Shown here: positions 12,001 through 25,436 of the stretch, piece after piece
Position numbering within the stretch: the first letter of the stretch is position 1
Layout: every line of letters begins with the position of its first letter
Source of the DNA: Octopus bimaculoides
Lineage: Eukaryota
Direction: 5' to 3'
DNA length: 64,000 bases
Assembly: GCF_001194135.2 (NCBI RefSeq)
Contig: NC_068984.1
Span: 103,879,790-103,943,789 of the forward strand
The notes under the pieces: model-generated
What the model was told of the DNA's origin: nothing
The model's input: the letters and a program-made list of their open reading frames with translations, nothing else
The model's database searches: none
Program-made: the position numbers and the translations under genes

Positions 12001-13126
12001 CCTATATATATAAACTAAGAGAAAAAATAACTCGGCGTTATGTATATAAACAACATAGACAAATATCAATATATCAAAAACTATGCTACATAAATTCTTG
12101 ATTTACTGTAATTATTTTCGTCTCTAGGGAATGTTACGCAATTGCCAAATGGCAACTGAGATCAGCTCTGTATGAGTAAGGGAGACAATCTCAAGACTTC
12201 TTCAAAACATACTTTTGGACACATGTTCCTGCCTTAATAAGTGCTATCAACAAGGATGGCATTTGTCTTACCTTACTTTCAATAGCTAAAGAACTTAGAC
12301 TTATATAAGAGGGGTAGAACACATTTATGACTCAAGTAATTTGCATAATTTAATTTTAAAAAATGAGCTAAGAGAAATAACTCAGTGGCTATTGGCATGT
12401 TTATGAACAACGTAAACAAATACAGGTATATTTATTACCGTACAATATAAATTCTTGATTTATTAAAATTATCTCCACCTCAAGGGAATGTGGTCTGGTT
12501 GCATAAAATAGATTGTTTGTTTTCAGTGTACATAAACTATGGTCAAAGTTCCAAATAGTTTTGAGTTTCTTTGGTTTGTTTGTAGTTATTTAACGTCAAT
12601 AGAACTACATTTAAAGTTTGAAGTATTTATGATACCACGAACTCAGTGTATGTGCACACACACATATAGTGTCTTGTTCATTTTGTTGATAGGATCAGCA
12701 AAAACATACTCAGTTTGGTGAGAGATAAATATGATTTAATGAATTCAGGAGTTATATGTGAGCTACGTAAAGTTTCATACTCAGATAGGGCAGTAACAAA
12801 ACTGGCTTGTATGGCATGAACATTTGATGGATTGTCCAATTGCTGCACTACTTGAGCATGAAACTTGAAGTAGCCCATGTATAGCCTTCATTTTATATAT
12901 ATAAAATCATCACAATTGTTCAAATGGGAACATGAAACTCTGAGCGACAGTTTTGTGATAATTTTGCAGCTTTAATAAAAGCATATTACTCTACCTTTGG
13001 TATTCGAGTACTATTTTTTCCACCTTGTTTTGCACTTATGCTCACCTGTGTGTGTGTGCATGTATATAATATATATATAATTGTCGTTTAACATCCACCT
13101 TCCATGCTAGCATGGGTGGGACTATA

Positions 13127-13172
<46 letters not shown>

Positions 13173-14095
13173 TAGGCCTGGTGTGTCTAGGTACAAGTTA
13201 CTGTTGTTTTGTTGTATTTGAGTAAGATATATATTTTAACATACCTATTTCACTCCTAGGAATGGATTCATATCTTATCCAAGATTAATTTTATCTTGTA
13301 TCTTAAAAGCCGTGCTGAACTACTAATTTTAGTTCTAGATCAGGGTAGCTGTTGTCCATTTTAAATTCTATATATAGGTAGCTTAATTAATAACACATGA
13401 CATGCCTAATGTTTCTTATTTTATATATTAATTAATGGTGGGACATGCCTAACTTTTAAACACTTGTAGTAAAGAATTAAAGAATTGAAAAAAATGCAGT
13501 TGCATGTTTTGTAATTTCAACTGCTACAAAGATGTATTGAGCAATTTTTAATTAACTCCTATATAAGAAAATATTTTTAGCCTTGTTCTAAAACCGTTCG
13601 TGAGTTGAGCAAGTCTAGAACTACTTATATAGAAGTTTTGTTCAGTAGTGCTAGTTTGCACTAGATAGAACTTTTCATATTGGTAGGTAAGGAGGCTGTA
13701 CACATTTGCAGTGTTCTGTGGAATACAGTGTGGTAGCATAGCCATAACATTCAGTTTACTTTTAGCATGTTTTTTGGTGTTTATTATAGTGATGCGAGGG
13801 AGGTTGGTATTAAATAACCATAATTCATCAAGATTAGAAGAGGATTTTAACAAACCAGTTTAGGTGTGGATAGGCTCATGAAATGACAGAATTTGAGTAA
13901 ATAGATTTTATACTAATGTTTACTATAGGATATACTCAAAAATTTTAACCAATGCATTCATAAATTAAATTTACTAGATACATGAGACAGGCATAGATGT
14001 CTGCCATGTTTACCATAAAACAATTTCACTGTGAACAGTAAGTATACTGAATGAGACAAACATATGTGACTGTCTCATGTAACTAATATAATTAA

Positions 14096-14300
14096 TTAAC
14101 TCTTTGTTACCATTTTTCTGTTAAAATACTCTGCTTTTTTTCATTTTTGAAAATGAGTTTAATAGAATAATTCTGACTTTAAAATGATGTATGAAGCATA
14201 AATTAATGTGAAACTATAATGGAAAAGTTTTAATTTAAATCCCTTTAAGCAGAAAGTTTGTATCATGGAACAAGGGGCAGATTGGTATCAAAAAGGTTAA
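14096..14300. mobile_element. piggyBac-type MITE (CCCTTTTGTTACC family)
   Basis: TTAA-CTCTTTGTTACC ... GGTATCAAAAAGG-TTAA. Confidence 0.75.
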
Positions 14301-15079
14301 TTTACAAATACAGTGACAACTAACATCTTTGAGTATATCCCATAGTAAACATCTCTTTCATTCTTAGCTTCATGCAACTTCTTTTCATCTAAAGAATTTG
14401 TCATAAAATTCAAATTTATCATTTAGTACATTTCAAACAAACTCTGCCGATGAATACTTGGATACATTGTCAGTGTTGTGCCCTGGTGTCATGGGGTGTT
14501 TCAGATCTTACTGCATACATCCTCATGCAGGTGACCTGACCTAGATTGATCAAGCCTAGGCCTGTGTCAGTGACATTCTGCTGACCATACTGATCACTTC
14601 TTTTCAGTTAAAGCACCATCTACATTATTTTTAATGGCTCTTCTGCTCATTCCTGTAATGTCTAGGGTTCCACAGGCCTTACTCAGAGTATGGCCTGCAA
14701 ACTCTGAACAATAATAAGTTTGACTTTTCATAGCATCAAATTTGTTTTTGTAATCTTGATTGCATTGAAACCATAAATACCGTCATAGCTAGTGGAATCG
14801 CTCCATCTAGGTTATAGAGCCTATAAACATAAATAGCTGTTTTAGTGGCATTGTCTGTTGTAAAGTGTATCACATTGGTGTAGTTACAATTTGTTTTGTG
14901 AATAATCCAACCTACACAACACTTGTTTTAAACATTGAAATTAATTATGAAAACCTAACCAAACTGAATGTTTACCCAGTAAAAGCTTCTCATAAATCAT
15001 GTCTGTCATCTATTTAGAATATTTAAATTAATTAACCCCTGTAATTTTTCATAATTTCAGAAGTGTATATTTTTGTTTT

Positions 15080-15110
<31 letters not shown>

Positions 15111-15949
15111 NNNNNNNNNNNNNNNNNNNNNNNNNNNNNNNNNNNNNNNNNNNNNNNNNNNNNNNNNNNNNNNNNNNNNNNNNNNNNNNNNNNNNNNNNN
15201 NNNNNNNNNNNNNNNNNNNNNNNNNNNNNNNNNNNNNNNNNNNNNNNNNNNNNNNNNNNNNNNNNNNNNNNNNNNNNNNNNNNNNNNNNNNNNNNNNNNN
15301 NNNNNNNNNNNNNNNNNNNNNNNNNNNNNNNNNNNNNNNNNNNNNNNNNNNNNNNNNNNNNNNNNNNNNNNNNNNNNNNNNNNNNNNNNNNNNNNNNNNN
15401 NNNNNNNNNNNNNNNNNNNNNNNNNNNNNNNNNNNNNNNNNNNNNNNNNNNNNNNNNNNNNNNNNNNNNNNNNNNNNNGTATCCATCTGTGTGTGTGTAT
15501 AGTTAGCTAGCTAGATGGATGGATAGATATAATAAATGTATTTTTGTAATGTAAAAGATGGAGCTGTCAACAGTTAAGCTAAATATTCAAGTGTTCAGCT
15601 CTTGCTATATTTTAAAAATTAATATTCTTATATCAAATGAGAATGCATGACAGTAGTGAAATTAAAATTTTGCCCAACTGACTGCAGAATCCACTTCAAC
15701 ATTGTAGTTGAATAATTGGAAGTAGTAAGAATATCCACATGCATAAGCATAAGCCTTTTTTTCCTTTTCTATTTTTTTTTTTTCATTAGCATGGGGTCGG
15801 TGGGAGCCACTGCTAAACAGCTGCTGCATAGTTTTATATTTTTTTTGTTTGTAATTGTGGAAAAAGCAATATCCATGGTTTACACCTAAAAATTTAAGAA
15901 GCACGAGTATAATATAGCTATTTTGTTTTTAAACTGTTTACGTATTTTT

Positions 15950-16960
15950 GTATTTTACTTCTGTATTTCCATGCTTGCTTGGGATGGGTGGATCTTCTGT
16001 AGTGCAGCATCTCATCACTTGTTGCAGTCCACTATCATCTCATTCATTAGCTGTAGCATCTTGGGATAAGCCTTCAACTGCCTCTTCACCCACATATTCC
16101 TTCCACATGAACTGTTTGACACTGCTTTACCTAACTATCAGCCTCCATTCACATCACATGCCTGTGACCTTGTCTCAGCTCATTTGTGCTGTCATTCATT
16201 CACACTAACAATACACATTCAGTGGAGCATGCTTAATTCATTTTTCCCCAGTTCTTGCACACCCTATGCATTTAATGTCCACCCTTCACCCGGGGGGAAA
16301 TAATCTCTTTGTTGTCAACAGAAATTATTACTCTCTGAACACGCTGTTATTATTTTGGTTACTATGCTTTCAGAACTCTTACTTCCACAGCTAGTTTGGT
16401 CACCTAGGTAACAGAAAATGTTAAATATGAGGAAGCTTTACAGAGTTTGGAAAAAATTTATTTCATTGCTGCTGTTATTACTAATCACTCCTGAGTATCT
16501 GCTGCTTCTCTATCAGCCTATCTATGATCCCACTACATCCCTTGTGCACCTATTGTTTACGTTGGGTACACTATAGAATTTCTACATTTTCCTTTTCTGC
16601 ATAGTGAGTATGGCCACTGCGCAGTATCTTTGCATCTATCCTTGATGCTTACCTTGCCTTCATATCCTTAATTGCCCTTTCAATTGTATGGTCAACCAAC
16701 TTGTGGTAATCCCTCCCTTACACATTTTTCTCATTCAACAATCCCTCATTATAGCATTTTGAAGCCTCTTTCTTGTTGGCCATCAATGAGTGCAAGTACT
16801 CTGCTATCATTCCATACCCCCCCCCCCACAACAACTTCACAATTCATATTGATACATTGTAATCCGTTAGTTTCTCATACTTCTCATCCTCTTGTCACAC
16901 TCAGTGTACTTTGCATCTAAATCCTCTTCTGCAAATCTTTTTAGTGGCTCACAACTTTAT
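15950..16960 (-). mobile_element. Old degenerate RTE-like LINE fragment
   Basis: Minus strand resembles the RTE pieces at 25437-27480 and 35600-36720, with many stops. Confidence 0.45.
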
Positions 16961-17863
16961 AAAATCTCTGTTGACATGTGTGTGTGTGAGTACCTGTGAA
17001 GACTGCTGGTCATGGGGAATATTACCTTACTTGGAAACAGGTCGGAGTTGGTGACAGGAAGTGCATCCAGGCATGAGAATCTGCTAAAACAAATTCTGTC
17101 CAATCCATGCATGGAAAAGTGGGCATTAAAATAATGTTATATATATATTAACACATATGTTAAAATGATTAACTAGGGATGTTACTAGGATTTTTTTTGT
17201 TTTATGCCTATGAAAAAAAAAAAAAGGTTGGTTGTAAAAATTGTAGGGCTTTTTTTTGCACAAATTCCTTAAAATAATCACAGCTAAATGCTTTTGTGAT
17301 ATAAAAATGGTATCCTTTTTTCAGGCTGGTAATATGCTTTGGCCAAGAATATGTTTCCTGCAATTGGCACATTTTGAAATGCTAAGAATTTGTTCAGTTA
17401 TTCTTTTACTCGTTCCAGTCATTGAATTGTGGTCATACTGGAACACTGCATTCAGTGATCTCGCTGATTACATGAACTGCAGTATGCATTCTTAATTGAA
17501 GGTAAAAGAAACCTGAGCAAGATTTGAACTCAGACCATAAAGGGACATAACTAAATACCACAAGTCTATTTTGTCATCCATCTACTGGATTGAGAACTAA
17601 AATTTTTCCTAATTGAATTAGAAACTACAACCATTATGTCTTGGGAACGTTTACCTGCTTGGCATGACTTAAGCAAATTTTCCTGTTTTAAATGTCTATT
17701 TCCTTTCTGGTTTTGCATTCAATCAATTGGAAAGTGACTTACCTTACATCTGTAACCTACAAAGTTCTTTGCTTACAATTCTATTAAAACATTGATCATT
17801 AAACTACAACAGAATCTCTTTGTTATCAATACATGTAGAAATTTGATTATACTGTTATAGGCC

Positions 17864-18319
17864 CAACTCTCATTACCATATTTCTGTTGAATTATACAGC
17901 TTTTGCTTCAGTTAATTTTTGAAAATTATAAAGAATTTAATAAAATAGCTTTGTCATTATTAATCTGGCATTTAGAACATAAATTAACCCTTTTGTTACC
18001 ACATTTCTGTCAACATATGCTGCCTTTGTTTCAATTAATTTTAAAAATAATGAAGTATTTAGTAAAATAACTTACTCATTATTAATTTGATGTCTGGAAC
18101 AAATTAACATACAATTTTGATAGAATATTATAATTTAGACCACTTTAAAACAGTAAGTTTATGTCATAGAACCTGAGGCAGTTTCAGATGGGTTGGTATC
18201 AGAAGGGTTAACAAGAAATTTTGATAGAAAGTTTTAATTTAGATCACTTTAAAGCTGAAAGTTTGTATCATAAAACTAAGGGTGAGTGTAGGTGGGTGGG
18301 TTGGTATAAAATTGGATTA
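17864..18319. mobile_element. Two nested piggyBac-type MITEs of one family
   Basis: Inner copy TTAA-CCCTTTTGTTACC...GGTATCAGAAGGG-TTAA (17984-18211) sits in the internal TTAA of an older copy. Confidence 0.7.
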
Positions 18320-18469
18320 ATCAAATCATGATTAGAGTTCATGATCTGAATTGGTTACCCACTTCCTTTGTCACCGATTTTCATTCTTGATATCTATTCC
18401 ATGAGTGTTCTGAATGTAACCATTCCTGCATAGTGCTTGTACTCTTGACCATTTCTGATGCAAGCCTAC

Positions 18470-18690
18470 AAAGGAATTGCCATGGGATTCTCAACCTGTT
18501 AGAAATAGTAACCAAATTTCCCTTAAATCACTATACCATCTTCAAAAAATGAATAACACAGGACGATGTAGCCCTTGATAAACTACATCTGGATAAAAGA
18601 CTGATGGTCACTGCAGGAATGCTCTTCATCATAGGTCTGTTCAGTCAAATTTGTTCAAGGGCTAAACAACTTTTCTGGTTTATATTTTAA
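18470..18690 (-). mobile_element. SINE-like repeat (GACCTATGATCAAAGGCATTCCAGC family)
   Basis: Reverse complement resembles 63040-63210 and 52590-52730. Confidence 0.55.
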
Positions 18691-19324
18691 TCCTAGCTAT
18701 CTTTCAAATCCTTCCTATTAGATTTGAAATTCTATTTGCCTCATATTTCTTATGTTAAAATGTAAAATGATTAGCATTTATACAGCAATAATACTTTTAC
18801 GTGTTTGTTTTAGTATCAGATATCAATATATTTGCTTTTATATTTAGGTCTATTTATCTCATATGAACATGGATTACATAGTCCTGCTTAGTGATATTCA
18901 GTATAATTCCTTTGATGCACAATGTTTGCCATAAACAGATGAGCTCTGTTTACACAGCTTATAATATTTAGTAGTTCAAAGCTTGCTTCAGTAGAACAGA
19001 TGTTATTTTACATATGAAACTGCTAGGTGAATTGTGCCATTATGAAGTACAGAACAAGTGTATATATACATGCTGAGAAGAAAGCAAGGAATAAGGTTGC
19101 TTTGAGGATAAGGCAAGCTTGATGTGGAGGTGGGGAGGAGTGGTCAAATTATTAAGGTAACATAAATGAAGAACTGGTTAAAGCAAGGGTTATAATAGTG
19201 TAGGTCTGTGCCAGCACAAGAACACTCATGCAACTAAATATTGTTGAGGATGAGGAGAGCTGTGGCCAAAGCATTCTTAGATCCAGTCAGTTCAAATTAT
19301 CCCTTGTACTTTCTGAAATACTCT

Positions 19325-19695
19325 TTACTCTTTTACTTGTTTCAGTCATTTGACTGGCCATGCTGGAGCACTGCCTTTAGTCGAGCAAATCAACCCCCAG
19401 GACTTATTCTTTTGAAGCCTAGTACTTATTCTATCGGTCTCTTTTGCCGAACCGCTAAGTTACAGGGACGTAAACACACCACCATCGGTTGTCAAGCGTT
19501 GGTGGGGGGACAAACACACACACACACATACATATATACGACAGGCTTCTTTCAGTTTCCGTCTACCAAATCCACTCACAAGGCTTTGGTCGGCTCGAGG
19601 CTATAGTAGTACACACTTGCCCAAGGTGCCACGCAGTGGGACAGAACCCGGAACCATGTGGTTGGTAAGCAAGCTATTTACCACACAGCCACTTA
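19325..19695 (-). mobile_element. tRNA-derived SINE (same family as 7080)
   Basis: Full-length reverse-complement copy. Confidence 0.88.
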
Positions 19696-20389
19696 GTTTT
19701 TAATATCAGTTGTCTGAAGTAAATAGTTATTTCCAAATTTGAGTTTATTTATTTCACTCATATATTTATTAAAATTTAAATTTTAGCAGTAATGGAAAAT
19801 TATAACAAAAAAAGATAAAATATTTTTATATTTCAGGATGGTAAATTTTTTTTTTTTATGCCAAATAAACACAAGCTCTATATATTCGTTCTTCACTCGC
19901 TTGTTATTGTTCCTATTTTATCTTATGTCCATTGTCTGGAAATCTTTCATCACATATTTGTGATCTCTTCAGTGACCCTTTCCATCCACATATATCCTTG
20001 TGCTCCACCTAATCCAAACTTAAATTAACAAATCTGTAAAATTGATATTTTTTTCCCTCAGCAGTCTAGGATGTATAAATCCATTATCTTTTCTCTTCTT
20101 CCTTCTCCTTATCAACACCATAGCATCTTCATATAAAGATGTTTTTATACATCTTTTCTGAATCAAGATTTTAATGTAAGTAATGATTTCTTTCAACAGG
20201 AAACATGGTCAAATTTTTATAGGAAAGTCTCTTGAATCAACCATAGTATATTGCTGTTATTAGTTTTATGCTAGAAGGTCAAAAGACACAGTTTACCCTT
20301 GCCAAACTTAAATTCAGAACTTAGTGAAATGAAACTAATCATTTCAATCCATCTTGCTGTTGATCATTTCTGTTTAACATACTGTAAAA

Positions 20390-20710
20390 TTAACCCTTTT
20401 GTTACCATATTTCTGTTGAAATACTACAATTGTTTCAGTTACTTTTGAAAATAATGAATTTAATAAAATAACTTAAGTTCATCCTCATAATATTTAGTAA
20501 TATGAGTGTTCTTGTGCTGGCACTGACCTACACCACTATAACCCTTGCTTTGACCAGTTCTTCATTTATGTTACCAAATACTCATATCTATTAATTAGAC
20601 CACACTTCTCCCCACTCCCACATCAACAAGAAATTAAACTAACAAATTTTGATGGTAAGTTTTAATTTAGATCACTCAATTTCAGGCAGATTTGGTATCA
20701 AAAGAGTTAA
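20390..20710. mobile_element. piggyBac-type MITE carrying a ~150-bp insertion
   Basis: TTAA-CCCTTTTGTTACC ... GGTATCAAAAGAG-TTAA; the insert is an inverted copy of ~19120-19250. Confidence 0.7.
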
Positions 20711-21084
20711 TATCTGCTGCTGTTGGCTGACGATTTCTTTCACCTTTCATTCATTAGACCAGGGATACTCATAGTAATGTTTATTTTTGGTTAAAGGTAT
20801 TCTGTTATATATATTACTAGCATTTGTTCTTGGTTGTTATAATGTATAATGACTTCTTTATCTATTAACTTCAGCCTATATTATGATTAAAGTTTATCCC
20901 ATACTAACTTAAAAAGCGCACTCCGTGTGGACTTTTAAACTAGCTCCTGCGGCCCTAAACCAAAGATAGTGATAATAAAGTATTTATTAGTATCCTACCG
21001 ATACGATAGTGCTTTAAATTTAGTTTAAATGTAAAACTTGCAACTTCACAAATTTTTGGAGTTCTTTCAAAATTTGAAAAGAAG

Positions 21085-21265
21085 ATATGTGTGTGTGTGT
21101 GTATATATGTGTTTGTCCCCCCACCACCGCTTGATAATTGGCGTTGCTGTGTTTACGTTCACGTAACTTAGCGGTTCGGTAAAAGAAGCCAACAGAAAAG
21201 TACCAGGCATAAAAAAGAAAGAACTGGTGTCGATTTGTTCAATTGAAATCCATCAAGGCGGTGCA
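21085..21265 (+). mobile_element. SINE 3' half (7080 family)
   Basis: GTGTTTGTCCCCCCACCACCGCTTG...GTAACTTAGCGGTTCGG. Confidence 0.7.
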
Positions 21266-21679
21266 TGTGACTGAAAATGATTAAAGACCACTAAATTTCT
21301 TAGTAAACCTTAAAGCTAAGGGAGGTAACTCTTGTACATCTCTCGGTCGTTTTACTTATAAGAAATAGTAACCCAAATGCTTTTAAATCAGATCCCAATC
21401 CTGGGATCATCCTGATTCCAAAAAGGTATATGTCTATGTAGAGTAAATGTAGACAGAGATACAGGGGTCCCAAACAGACAGAATTTCGCTTTTATTGATA
21501 TGGAAGTGACCTTCTCCACCGCCGTGAGACCTAATTTATGCTTCAATCTGGTCTATGAAGCCAAACGAGTTTAACATTCCTGAACTTGAGAACTAGCGTA
21601 ATTATATTCCTCGAACTCATTTTCTACTCGGCAAGTAACCAGTTGAAAGGATTACTCCCTGTATCACCATCAAACAATT

Positions 21680-21909
21680 TTAACCCTTTAGTTCTCGTAT
21701 TTCTGCTGAAAATCCACTGCTTTTGTTTCAGTTAAATTTGAAAATAATGAAGAATTTTGTAAAATATCTTTATCATTATTATTACTATTTTGAATAAAAA
21801 TGAACATGTAATTTTGATGGAAGATATTAATTTAAATCACTTGAAAAAAAGGAAATTAGTTTCATAGACCCAGGGGCAGTTTCAAGTAGGATGATATCAA
21901 AAGGATTAA
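21680..21909. mobile_element. piggyBac-type MITE
   Basis: TTAA-CCCTTTAGTTCTCG...GATATCAAAAGGA-TTAA. Confidence 0.65.
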
Positions 21910-22936
21910 GTGATAAGAAATTATCACTTGTTTGTTACTTAGATTTTCTCTAAAATATCTTTTTCCTGAAACCCTAAAATCCACAAATGTGTGTCCTTTC
22001 AAGAAACTGAACTACTTAGTCTGCATATAGATTTGGTTAAGTTTTTTTTGTTGATTAGAATTTCCTTTCTCTTGTAAACATAGAGTATTTCTGTGTTGTT
22101 CCTATGGAATTTTTTGGTTTCACTGAGTTAATTAAAATCCATAATCATATTTTCACACACTTATTCTCTCTTACACTGTGTAACAGAATTTTAATTAAAA
22201 TTTTTTTTTTTGTCTTTGGTAGAGTAAGTGTTATTTCCTATTTGCTGCCCTGTAGAAATCAAAGAAAATTACTATTCCTTTCGAACTTTGCTTTTGTGAC
22301 CTGAACACCAATGTTTTGAAACTGAGACATATTTTCCATTACATTTCAGACAGATTCATTGTTTAGTTGCTGGAGCAGAAATATAGTTACAGCAAATATT
22401 CTGCTCAATCCCACAGATTTCCTCGTCAGTTGCTTGATCCTAACCACTTGGGCATATTCCTTAGTTGGTGGCTGATAATATGTGCATCTCTGATGATGAG
22501 CAGAAATAGTGGAGAGCATTATAACCATGTGTTAAGAGGGATTCTTTGGGGATTGAATAAATGTAACATAAGCAAAGTTTGAAGGAAATATTAGCCATTT
22601 TTCATACTTTCTAAGAGTAAGCAAATAGGAAATAACAGTTGCTACCCAAAGACAAAAATCGTGTTTCAGAGTTATCTTCATGGATCATTGAATATTGATA
22701 ATTCTTCTCACATCATTATAAATAATGTGTGCAGGAGTTTTTTTTTTGTTTTTTTTTTAAGATGGGCCTATACTTTCTATCTTCCTTGTAGGTCATTGCC
22801 CTTTATAAACAATATTTATCAAATATAACTTGTCCTCAATGATAATAAAAATGTAATTTATTGTGATGACTCTCTGAAACTTGTGTCCATCTTCAATTGT
22901 TTTTCTTTTCTTCTCGTTTTGTTTATTTCTTTTCAG

Positions 22937-24054
22937 GAATGATAGTGAGAAGAGAAGAATTTGGTTCTATGAATCTGGCTTTCTCGCTGCTGTGTCGTTC
23001 CCAATCTACTTGTTGGATCATACTCCTTACTTGCTGTGGCTTCTCACTGTTTGCACCTTCCTTTTCACCCAGTTGATTGGACAACTTCATTTACTTTACT
23101 GGTGGAATCTTCTTAAAACAAGATGGGATGAACACTTGCAACATCAGGAAAGTTTACAGAGACTGCAAAATAATTCTACCATTTCTGTTCCTTCAATGCC
23201 AGCATCACCTTCACCAGCTGTTACCAATCGTGGAGTTTCTGGGATTAGCCAACCTTATTCTGGTCATCAAATGGTACCACAACAACCTTCAGTAAGCAAC
23301 TATGATCATCTGCTCCCAAACACTTCTGCAGTCATTTCACAATATGGACATAAATCAATGAACCTTAGTAGTCAGCAAGCTGCCTATTTAGGACCTCACT
23401 ATTCTGATAACCACTTTCTCCCTCAACAAAAACATTTGTTCCTTCATTCTAATCAGTCCTGTGGCAGTCCTTCAGTATATTTTCCTGAAAATATAACTGT
23501 ATGTTCCAACACCATTACTCAAAATACTGTAGGGACACTCTGGCCTCACAATATGAGACGGCGACCTCTACGGCCCAGTGTCTTAAGAAGTGCGTCTCCA
23601 TTTCCTCTTGTTTCCACTTCTCAGCATGACACCAAAACTGTAAGGGAAATTTCATTTAAAGACAAGCTGCTCTCTTCCTTTGGTTTTACACCAAAAAGTC
23701 CACCTGGTCTGGAAAATGATGGCCAGAATTTGTGTTTTATGAATTGTATTTTGCAATGCTTAGCCAGAAGCCCGCACTTGGTTAGTCAACTGTTGATGGT
23801 TAACATAGAGACTATTCCAAATGTAAATAAGGAAGAAAAGCAGTTTCTTTCTGAATTTATCAAAATATTAAATAAATGCTCTGCTGAATCACAGACAAGA
23901 ATGTCTGTATTGGACACAGAGCCTTTAAAATTAGCCTCTCAAATGATGAAGTGTAGTTTACTGAATGAACATACGCAACAAGATGCAGCTGAATTTCTTA
24001 TGTGGCTCCTAACAACAACTCACAACATCTTAAACAAAATTCATCTCAACAAAG
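22937..24054 (+). CDS. USP-family deubiquitinase, coding exon 2 (TM helices, S/P/Q-rich linker, Cys box, QQDAAEFL box)
   Basis: TTTCAG|G acceptor and AAAG|GTGAGG donor (phase 1); GLENDGQNLCFMNCILQCLA Cys box (Cys at 23733); HTQQDAAEFLMWLL. Confidence 0.92.
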
Positions 24055-24399
24055 GTGAGGAAATGTTTCTGGCAAATTTCTAGACATATCACCTCTGCAT
24101 CAACATAAGTCTTTTCTAGTGACTATAGATATTATTGTGTTAACCTGTTGGTCACGCAGTGAGCTTCTTCTTTTTGTATGATATTATTGTAGTCCACTTG
24201 TAGAACTATTTCAGTGATTTGTGATATATATTTAGCACTTCTATGCATTAAGTGAAAAAGATTTTATTTATTTATTTTTTTAAAAATCTAAATTCATCTT
24301 TGTAATGTATAATATTCTATACACACATATGTCTCAAAAGTGGATGGGCATCCTATGTTTGTATATATGAATTGTATGACGCATGCGTACGAACAGCCA

Positions 24400-24723
24400 T
24401 GCTACATGACAGTGAAACATGGGCTGTAACTGCTGAGGACATACGTAAGCTCGCAAGGAATGAAGCCAGTATGCTCCGTTGGATGTGTAATGTCAATGTG
24501 AATACCCGTCAGTGTAAGTATCTTGAGAGAAAAGCTGAACATTAGAAGCATCAGTTGTGGTGTGCAAGAGAGACGATTGCGCTGGTATGGACATGTGGTG
24601 AGAATGGATGAGGATAGCTGCGTGAAAAAGTGCCACACCCTAACAGTTGAGGGAACCCGTGGAAGAGGTAGGGCCAGGAAGACCTGGGCTGAGGTGGTGA
24701 GGCAAGACCTTCGTACATTGGGC
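24400..24723 (+). mobile_element. RTE LINE 3' fragment, cut by a gap
   Basis: SETWAVTAEDIRKLARNEASMLRWMC..RRLRWYGHVVRM..RGRARKTW. Confidence 0.88.
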
Positions 24724-25384
24724 NNNNNNNNNNNNNNNNNNNNNNNNNNNNNNNNNNNNNNNNNNNNNNNNNNNNNNNNNNNNNNNNNNNNNNNNNNNNN
24801 NNNNNNNNNNNNNNNNNNNNNNNNNNNNNNNNNNNNNNNNNNNNNNNNNNNNNNNNNNNNNNNNNNNNNNNNNNNNNNNNNNNNNNNNNNNNNNNNNNNN
24901 NNNNNNNNNNNNNNNNNNNNNNNNNNNNNNNNNNNNNNNNNNNNNNNNNNNNNNNNNNNNNNNNNNNNNNNNNNNNNNNNNNNNNNNNNNNNNNNNNNNN
25001 NNNNNNNNNNNNNNNNNNNNNNNNNNNNNNNNNNNNNNNNNNNNNNNNNNNNNNNNNNNNNNNNNNNNNNNNNNNNNNNNNNNNNNNNNNNNNNNNNNNN
25101 NNNNNNNNNNNNNNNNNNNNNNNNNNNNNNNNNNNNNNNNNNNNNNNNNNNNNNNNNNNNNNNNNNNNNNNNNNNNNNNNNNNNNNNNNNNNNNNNNNNN
25201 NNNNNNNNNNNNNNNNNNNNNNNNNNNNNNNNNNNNNNNNNNNNNNNNNNNNNNNNNNNNNNNNNNNNNNNNNNNNNNNNNNNNNNNNNNNNNNNNNNNN
25301 NNNNNNNNNNNNNNNNNNNNNNNNNNNNNNNNNNNNNNNNNNNNNNNNNNNNNNNNNNNNNNNNNNNNNNNNNNNNNNNNNNNN

Positions 25385-25427
<43 letters not shown>

Positions 25428-25436
25428 TACACACAC

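Noticed and set aside
22881-22936. ORF-track start MCPSSIVFLFF for the USP
   Set aside because: This is the polypyrimidine tract and acceptor of intron 1 with a TTG start; the phase-matched exon at 9114 is preferred
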